Shown here: one piece after another, positions 26,806-32,000 of the stretch
How the letters are laid out: each line of letters begins with the position of its first letter
Numbering within the stretch: the stretch's first letter is position 1
Assembly (NCBI GenBank): GCA_020049855.1
Contig: JAGVLJ010000057.1
Span: forward strand, 306-32,305
DNA from: Bacteroidia bacterium
GTDB taxonomy: Bacteria > Bacteroidota > Bacteroidia > UKL13-3
DNA: 32,000 bases
Direction of reading: 5' to 3'
Notes under the pieces: model-generated
The model's input: only the letters and a program-made list of their open reading frames with translations
Told to the model about the DNA's origin: nothing
Database searches by the model: none
Position numbers and translations under genes: made by a program

Positions 26806-27081
26806 ATGAAAAAACAACTTCTTTACATCTTGCTTATTGTTGGTGGCTTAGCCAGCATCTTCGCATTTAAGAACTCGGGGCAAACGCCTAAGTATGCCCG
26901 CCTGATTTCTTACATTGACGGTACTATGGTAATGGAGTACGAAGACAACACCACCGAAACCATGAAATCGGGGCAAATGAAACCATTGGCTAAAATCAAT
27001 CAGGTAGCAGCCAAAGGATACAAAATGATATCATCGCACGGTGGTGATAAGTACCATGTATACGTTTTTGAAAAAGAATAA
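26806..27081 (+). CDS. Small membrane-anchored or secreted protein of unknown function inside the nuo operon
   Basis: 91 aa. Starts 6 nt after the nuoF stop. N-terminal hydrophobic helix LLYILLIVGGLASIFAF, then a ~65-aa soluble domain. The C-terminal pattern INQVAAKGYKMISSHGGDKYHVYVFEK weakly recalls DUF4177-type small domains. Confidence 0.6.
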   Translation: MKKQLLYILLIVGGLASIFAFKNSGQTPKYARLISYIDGTMVMEYEDNTTETMKSGQMKPLAKINQVAAKGYKMISSHGGDKYHVYVFEKE

Positions 27082-27120
27082 ATAATCGTTGCGGCTCAGG
27101 CTGCAATAAGAAAAAAAGAT

Positions 27121-28077
27121 ATGCCTAAAGTTACAATAGACGGACGCACCATTGAAGTACCAGAAGGTACTACCATATTGCAGGCAGCCCGCATGGTTGG
27201 TCCCGAGGTGGCTCCTCCGGCCATGTGCTACTATACAAAATTAAACACCAGTGGCGGCTATTGTCGCACCTGTATTGTAAAAGTAGCACAGGGATCTGAA
27301 AAAGATCCGAGGCCCATGCCCAAACCGGTTCCATCCTGCCGCACCATGGTAATGGATGGAATGGTGGTAGAAAACGAAACCTCACCCGAAATTGTGGAGG
27401 CCCGCAAAGGGGTTGTTGAATTTTTACTGGCCAATCACCCGCTCGATTGCCCGGTGTGCGATCAGGCCGGAGAATGCCACTTACAAGATTTGAGCTATGA
27501 ACACGGAAGTGCTAAATCGCGTTATGAATTTGACCGCAGAACATTTGATAAAATAGATATTGGCCCCTACGTGCAACTGCACATGACCCGTTGCATCATG
27601 TGCTATCGCTGCGTAAAAGTAGCTGAGCAAATTACTGATGGACGGGTACATGGAGTGATTAACCGTGGCGACCATGCTGAGATTTCCACCTATGTAGAAC
27701 AAGCCATTGATAACGATTTCTCCGGAAACGTAATTGACGTGTGTCCTGTGGGTGCCTTAACGGATAAAACCTTCCGTTTTAAAAGCCGTGTGTGGTTTAC
27801 CAAACCGGTAGATGCACACAGAGATTGCACTACCTGCAGCGGTAAAGTAGTATTGTGGTATCAGGGCGAAGAAGTACTAAGGGTAACAGGACGAAAAGAC
27901 CAGTGGGGCGAAGTAGAAGAATTTATTTGCAACGAATGTCGGTTTGAGAAAAAGAAAACAAGCGACTGGACGATTGAAGGTGTTCGCACTATTGATCGCC
28001 ACTCTGTGATTTCACAGGGGAAATACGCAAGAGATCTTGAAATTCCTGCTCATACTAAAAAGAAATTGATTAAGTAA
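27121..28077 (+). CDS. nuoG: NADH-quinone oxidoreductase subunit G, short form
   Basis: 318 aa. 2Fe-2S (C..GGYCRTC) and HPLDCPVCDQAGEC, CIMCYRC and CPVGAL cluster motifs. It lacks the molybdopterin-like C-terminal extension, which I recall being usual in Bacteroidota. Confidence 0.9.
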   Translation: MPKVTIDGRTIEVPEGTTILQAARMVGPEVAPPAMCYYTKLNTSGGYCRTCIVKVAQGSEKDPRPMPKPVPSCRTMVMDGMVVENETSPEIVEARKGVVEFLLANHPLDCPVCDQAGECHLQDLSYEHGSAKSRYEFDRRTFDKIDIGPYVQLHMTRCIMCYRCVKVAEQITDGRVHGVINRGDHAEISTYVEQAIDNDFSGNVIDVCPVGALTDKTFRFKSRVWFTKPVDAHRDCTTCSGKVVLWYQGEEVLRVTGRKDQWGEVEEFICNECRFEKKKTSDWTIEGVRTIDRHSVISQGKYARDLEIPAHTKKKLIK

Positions 28078-28080
28078 AAC

Positions 28081-29112
28081 ATGGACTTAGCATTATTACT
28101 CGATAAAACGATTCTTATTCTGATTTTGTTCGGAGTAACTCTTTTCATTGCCATGTACAGCACCTACGCTGAACGAAAAGTGGCCGCATTTCTTCAGGAT
28201 AGAATTGGCCCAGACCGTGCGGGTCCCTTCGGTATTTTGCAACCATTGGCCGATGGGGTGAAGATGTTTATGAAGGAAGAAATTATTCCGAACACTGCCG
28301 ACAAGTGGTTATTTATTATCGGTCCTGGTATAGCCATGTGTACGGCTTTAATGACCAGTGCCGTGATTCCATGGGGTAAAAACATTACCATTGGCGGACA
28401 TGAAATAGTGCTGCAGGTAGCCGATATAAACATTGGAATTCTTTACGTTTTCGGAGTGGTTTCATTAGGTGTGTACGGTATAATGATTGGCGGTTGGGCA
28501 TCCAACAATAAGTTCTCGCTGCTGGGTGCAATCCGCGCTTCCTCGCAAATGATTAGCTATGAACTGGCCATGGGTATGGCTTTAATAGCTATTCTGATGT
28601 CAACAGGCTCGTTAAGTATTCGTGATATTGTAGAAGGACAACACGGCTGGCATTGGAATGTGCTGTATCAGCCTTTAAGTTGTTTGATATTTATTGTATG
28701 CGCTTTTGCCGAGTGTAACCGTACTCCGTTTGATTTGCCCGAATGTGAAAGCGAATTAGTTGGAGGATATCACACTGAGTACAGCTCGATGAAATTAGGA
28801 TTTTACCTTTTTGCCGAGTACACCAATATGTTTATTTCTTCCGCTATCATTTCATCACTTTATTTCGGAGGATACAACTTTCCGGGAATGGATGCATTTA
28901 GCGGTAATACATTGGCTTTGCTGGGCACAGCGGTTTTCTTTGCTAAAATATTTTTCTTCATCTTCTTCTTTATGTGGATTCGCTGGACATTGCCACGTTT
29001 CCGGTATGACCAATTGATGAGGCTCGGCTGGCAAATATTGATTCCACTGGCCATTTTTAATATTCTGGCTACAGGAACCTGGATGACATTTAAAGGATAT
29101 TTAGGATTTTAA
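28081..29112 (+). CDS. nuoH: NADH-quinone oxidoreductase subunit H
   Basis: 343 aa and polytopic. AERKVAAFLQDRIGPDR and RTPFDLPECESELVGGYHTEYS motifs. Confidence 0.95.
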   Translation: MDLALLLDKTILILILFGVTLFIAMYSTYAERKVAAFLQDRIGPDRAGPFGILQPLADGVKMFMKEEIIPNTADKWLFIIGPGIAMCTALMTSAVIPWGKNITIGGHEIVLQVADINIGILYVFGVVSLGVYGIMIGGWASNNKFSLLGAIRASSQMISYELAMGMALIAILMSTGSLSIRDIVEGQHGWHWNVLYQPLSCLIFIVCAFAECNRTPFDLPECESELVGGYHTEYSSMKLGFYLFAEYTNMFISSAIISSLYFGGYNFPGMDAFSGNTLALLGTAVFFAKIFFFIFFFMWIRWTLPRFRYDQLMRLGWQILIPLAIFNILATGTWMTFKGYLGF

Positions 29113-29183
29113 AATTTTGGATGATGAATGACCAATTTTTAAGTAAGGCCCATTTAAGCATTAAAAATTAACCATTAAGAAAT

Positions 29184-29201
29184 TTAATTGCATGCAATTA
29201 A
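29184..29201. repeat. 18-bp perfect palindrome centred on the nuoI start codon
   Basis: TTAATTGCATGCAATTAA is its own reverse complement. The ATG at 29192-29194 sits in the central CATG. Confidence 0.6.
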
Positions 29202-29722
29202 CAAACAGATCAAAAGTTGTATCAAATAAAGAAATGACCTGGGTTGAAAAAATGTACCTACCGGCCATTTTCGGTGGACTTTGGATTACCATAAGGCACT
29301 TCTTGCGCAAAAGTGCTACCATTCGCTATCCTGAAGTGAAACGTGAGGTAAGCACCGTGTATCGTGGTAAGCATGTGTTAAAACGTGATGAGCAAGGCAG
29401 AGAGAATTGCACAGCCTGCGGTTTATGTGCTGTAGCCTGCCCTGCCGAAGCCATTACCATGGATGCAGCCGAACGTAAAAAAGGAGAAGAGCATTTATAT
29501 CGCGAAGAAAAATATGCAGCTAAATATGAAATTAATATGCTGCGTTGCATTTTTTGTGGCTTATGCGAAGAGGCATGTCCTAAACAGGCAATCTACCTTA
29601 CCCCCGAATTTCCCGTAGCTAATTACAACCGGAGCAACTTTATTTTCGGAAAAGATAAATTGGTTGAACCAATAGATAAACGAATTGATGTATCGCTTAA
29701 AAAGAAAGTACATACTTCTTAA
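29192..29722 (+). CDS. nuoI: NADH-quinone oxidoreductase subunit I
   Basis: 176 aa. Two 4Fe-4S motifs: CTACGLCAVACP and CIFCGLCEEACP. Confidence 0.95.
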   Translation: MQLTNRSKVVSNKEMTWVEKMYLPAIFGGLWITIRHFLRKSATIRYPEVKREVSTVYRGKHVLKRDEQGRENCTACGLCAVACPAEAITMDAAERKKGEEHLYREEKYAAKYEINMLRCIFCGLCEEACPKQAIYLTPEFPVANYNRSNFIFGKDKLVEPIDKRIDVSLKKKVHTS

Positions 29723-29750
29723 GTAAATAATAAACTATAAATTAAATTTT

Positions 29751-30617
29751 TTGAAAACAAAACTCTATTATTTTCTCTTTACACTATCAGTTCTTCTACT
29801 CATAGTGAGTTACAAAAAAGATGACAAACTTTTTTTAACCCAATTTAAACCCAAATCATCAAGCTACAGTCAATATTATTTAACTGATAGCTTAGCCTTT
29901 GGGAAGATAAAACAGATTTTTCAAGATAAAGAAAGCTTCATGAAGGAATATATGAAGACTATTGCAATAGCTTCTATGGATTTAGTAAAAGACACAAACT
30001 ATCTAAATTTAATTGATTCTATTACTAACTCATATGACACAATTGTTGGAGTGGATTATTATGCTTATATATATGACCAAGTTGAAATGGCATATGCTTC
30101 AAAATTTGGCCGTTCCTTACTTGATGATTTTAAAACTTCATTAATAAACAATAGTGCGACCTTGTATCAAAGGCAATTACTTGATTCTTTCGGGCTAAAT
30201 TTCGAGATAGACGGTATTAACTTTTCTCCAAAATACTTTTTGTATTATAAAAACAGCGGTCTTTATACCAGTATTACAAATCGTTTGCCTTCGTTGACTG
30301 CAACACTTCAATTTCCTGATGACTCAATTCCATTATGGAGATATGATACTACTTATCACACATTCCTTTATACACTTACTAATTTAAGTTATGTGGATGG
30401 AAGTGCGTTGATAGATGTTTCTCTACGCATTTCCTACCAACAAAGTAGCAACTCGAGACCAATTCTATATTTATTTGGTAATCGTTACGAGGCTTTAGGT
30501 AGATGTAAATCCGATATGACAGGTTGGTGTACTATTGCATGTAAATGGTGGCTTGGCTGCTGTGGATGTAACCATCCATTCCCAAGGCCAAGAATTACAG
30601 AGTCTGATTATATATAA
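29751..30617 (+). CDS. Exported hypothetical protein with a C-terminal six-cysteine cluster (cassette gene 1)
   Basis: 288 codons from TTG 29751, open in AT-rich DNA. N-terminal hydrophobic segment YYFLFTLSVLLLIVS. C-terminus CKSDMTGWCTIACKWWLGCCGC. I recognise no family. Confidence 0.6.
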   Translation: MKTKLYYFLFTLSVLLLIVSYKKDDKLFLTQFKPKSSSYSQYYLTDSLAFGKIKQIFQDKESFMKEYMKTIAIASMDLVKDTNYLNLIDSITNSYDTIVGVDYYAYIYDQVEMAYASKFGRSLLDDFKTSLINNSATLYQRQLLDSFGLNFEIDGINFSPKYFLYYKNSGLYTSITNRLPSLTATLQFPDDSIPLWRYDTTYHTFLYTLTNLSYVDGSALIDVSLRISYQQSSNSRPILYLFGNRYEALGRCKSDMTGWCTIACKWWLGCCGCNHPFPRPRITESDYI

Positions 30618-30625
30618 TCCAGCAG

Positions 30626-31168
30626 ATGAAATATTTTTTTAGTCTCTTATTTACAATATCATTAGTGTCTATGGGTCATGGAGTCAATCCTCCTGATTCA
30701 ATAGGGAAGATAGCACCAATATCTACATTCAGATTAGCTGGGAATTTATACTTTGACAAAAAAGACTTGAGATATTCAGATTGGGTTTCATTTATTTCTA
30801 GTCCATTTCTGATTGAATTAAATCTTATTGCCCCTGAATACGATGATTCAACATTTAAGTTCATTTTAATAGAAGGGTATAAACATCCAAACAAAATTAT
30901 TCAAAGCCTACCTATTAAAGAACTAATGCTTTATATCAAATGGAGAAATACCGTAGTCAATCATTTTAAAAAACAGTTTACAACAGGTATGGAAGGGTGT
31001 AGTGGAAATAAATATTATGAACAATTTCGAACTGTAGATCCGAATAACGAATGGCAGATTTGTTACGAATTGGCTCCGGATTCAATTCTTACCAAGTATC
31101 GTTGTAAAGGAATACGTTGCATAGCTTATTATAAAAAAAATACTTTAATAGCCAAATACAGCCAATGA
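30626..31168 (+). CDS. Exported hypothetical protein (cassette gene 2), with faint FGE/SUMF1-like sequence echoes
   Basis: 180 aa, starting 8 nt after gene 1. Signal peptide MKYFFSLLFTISLVSMG and four Cys. LYFDKKDLRYSDWVSFI, LMLYIKWRN and KGIRCI loosely resemble conserved blocks of formylglycine-generating-enzyme-type domains. Confidence 0.6.
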   Translation: MKYFFSLLFTISLVSMGHGVNPPDSIGKIAPISTFRLAGNLYFDKKDLRYSDWVSFISSPFLIELNLIAPEYDDSTFKFILIEGYKHPNKIIQSLPIKELMLYIKWRNTVVNHFKKQFTTGMEGCSGNKYYEQFRTVDPNNEWQICYELAPDSILTKYRCKGIRCIAYYKKNTLIAKYSQ

Positions 31169-31260
31169 GTCAATACGTTTTTTTATTTCTTTCACTGTTA
31201 TCGGTGCTTTGTGCCCTTTCAGTGATTTTAATAAAAAAATTGATTATTAAATTAAGTTGA
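31165..31260 (+). CDS. 31-codon hydrophobic mini-ORF (cassette gene 3), not in the ORF track
   Basis: ATGA overlap with the gene 2 stop. Translates as MSQYVFLFLSLLSVLCALSVILIKKLIIKLS: one TM helix and a Lys-rich C-terminus. It ends 7 nt before the next ATG. Confidence 0.4.
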   Translation: MSQYVFLFLSLLSVLCALSVILIKKLIIKLS

Positions 31261-31267
31261 TGAATTT

Positions 31268-31798
31268 ATGAGCAAAAAAAGTTTAGTTTTAAGAAATTTG
31301 GGACTTTTATTGATACCATTGCTTTTAGGTAATTTTGGTGGGCTTCGGTTAAGAACAAAAACGTACAAAACTCTACAATTAAAAATCTTAATGTATGAAC
31401 CTGATGCCTGGCGACTCCCTATTTGCCCCCCTCCAATGATAACTGATGTATCAGTTATTGACCAGCAGTTTAATCCAATTAACTCACCAAATGCATATTT
31501 CGGTTTAGTTTCTGTAAATGACGGACAAAGTGAGATATTTACCGGAGCAATTGGAAATGGAAATTTACCTAAAGTTGGTAGTTACTATCAGGTAACCATT
31601 CCCAAAAACTATACAAGATGGTGTAGAATATCCACAACAATCTATGAACCATGTTCGAACGGGTGTGATCGAATGACATGGCGAGTCGAGTACATTTTCA
31701 ATCCAATTGATATGTACGACATGCAGGCAATTACTATTTTCCTGAAAGAGATCAATAGAAATCAGCCTAATGCTAATTATTTAAAGCGTAATTGCTAG
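31268..31798 (+). CDS. Exported cysteine-containing hypothetical protein (cassette gene 4)
   Basis: 176 aa. N-terminal LGLLLIPLLLGNFGG hydrophobic segment. Five Cys, including ICPPP, WCRISTTIYEPCSNGC and a terminal C. I recognise no family. Confidence 0.6.
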   Translation: MSKKSLVLRNLGLLLIPLLLGNFGGLRLRTKTYKTLQLKILMYEPDAWRLPICPPPMITDVSVIDQQFNPINSPNAYFGLVSVNDGQSEIFTGAIGNGNLPKVGSYYQVTIPKNYTRWCRISTTIYEPCSNGCDRMTWRVEYIFNPIDMYDMQAITIFLKEINRNQPNANYLKRNC

Positions 31799-31805
31799 TA
31801 AAAAT

Positions 31806-32000
31806 ATGAGAAAATATTTCATTTTAATAATCGTTTTTACCCTAGCAACGAATTCCGGATGCAGGAAAGGTTCGGATTCTATTGTTGGAGAAAAACCATG
31901 GGGGAATAAAAAACTAGTTTTACATGGAAACCAAAATCTTATTGATGAATATACGGATTTTTTTACAGGAATAAACTACTCGAAAATTTCCCTAACTATG
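31806..32000 (+). CDS. Lipoprotein, 5' part only, runs off the window (cassette gene 5)
   Basis: ATG 31806 is 7 nt after the gene 4 stop. 65 codons are open to the window end. MRKYFILIIVFTLATNSGC is a signal peptide with a lipobox-like SGC. Confidence 0.55.
   Translation, partial: MRKYFILIIVFTLATNSGCRKGSDSIVGEKPWGNKKLVLHGNQNLIDEYTDFFTGINYSKISLTM

Noticed and set aside
26781-27106. Possible long-range pairing bracketing the 91-aa ORF, analogous to the GxxExxY stem: CCTGAACC near the nuoF end against GGCTCAGG at 27093-27100.
   Set aside because: Only 7 of 8 positions pair, with no extension on either side. This is chance-level and is better explained by the local 27089-27106 hairpin.
2624-29550. 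The many 60-125-aa track ORFs nested in or antisense to larger genes, for example 3477-3830(-), 8042-8419(-), 9431-9739(-), 10868-11170(-), 16622-16921(-), 22358-22675(-), 26499-26744(-), 28194-28433(-) and 29326-29550(-).
   Set aside because: Each overlaps a long ORF whose product has clear family motifs, and none has motifs of its own. They are most simply explained as frame shadows of the real genes.
29723-32000. Calling the terminal cassette a horizontally acquired island purely from low GC.
   Set aside because: My hand-counted 60-nt samples overlap the window's normal range: 28-33 percent in genes 1-2 but 40 percent in gene 4, against 33 percent in rpsA and 37-38 percent in other core genes. 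Composition needs a proper sliding-window or codon-usage computation. I also saw no integrase, tRNA or direct repeats flanking the block.

Overview
This window looks like a chromosomal segment of a Bacteroidota-type genome, coded almost entirely on the plus strand. The lineage call rests on a PorQ-like T9SS protein, a DUF3078-like barrel, choice-of-anchor-L proteins, TAnnTTTG -7 boxes, a short-form NuoG and a GxxExxY gene.

Gene order: DUF3078-like barrel (-), rhodanese, DinB (-), two tandem choice-of-anchor-L/OmpA-type proteins, Hsp20 (-), SRPBCC, PorQ-cmk-rpsA, EVE-pyrR-pyrB-GT-C membrane protein, trpS, deoxynucleoside kinase, GNAT acetyltransferase. Then about 560 nt of non-coding DNA, a DEAD-box helicase, LytS-type kinase / LytTR regulator / MazG, a TSP3-OmpA protein, and a complex I operon: nuoA-B-C-D-E-[GxxExxY]-F-[91-aa membrane protein]-G-H-I.

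The most unusual part is the 3' end. nuoI is followed not by nuoJ-N but, with no terminator, by a tightly packed same-strand cassette of five ORFs, one of them only 31 codons and absent from the ORF track. All five have N-terminal signal or anchor sequences, four of the five (all but the truncated last ORF) contain cysteines beyond the N-terminal hydrophobic segment, and none matches a family I can recognise.

Second: the GxxExxY gene between nuoE and nuoF is bracketed exactly, start codon to stop codon, by about 22 bp of long-range inverted complementarity built from ~10-nt subrepeats.

I saw no rRNA, tRNA, CRISPR array, transposase or integrase. All family calls come from motif recognition by eye, not from database searches.
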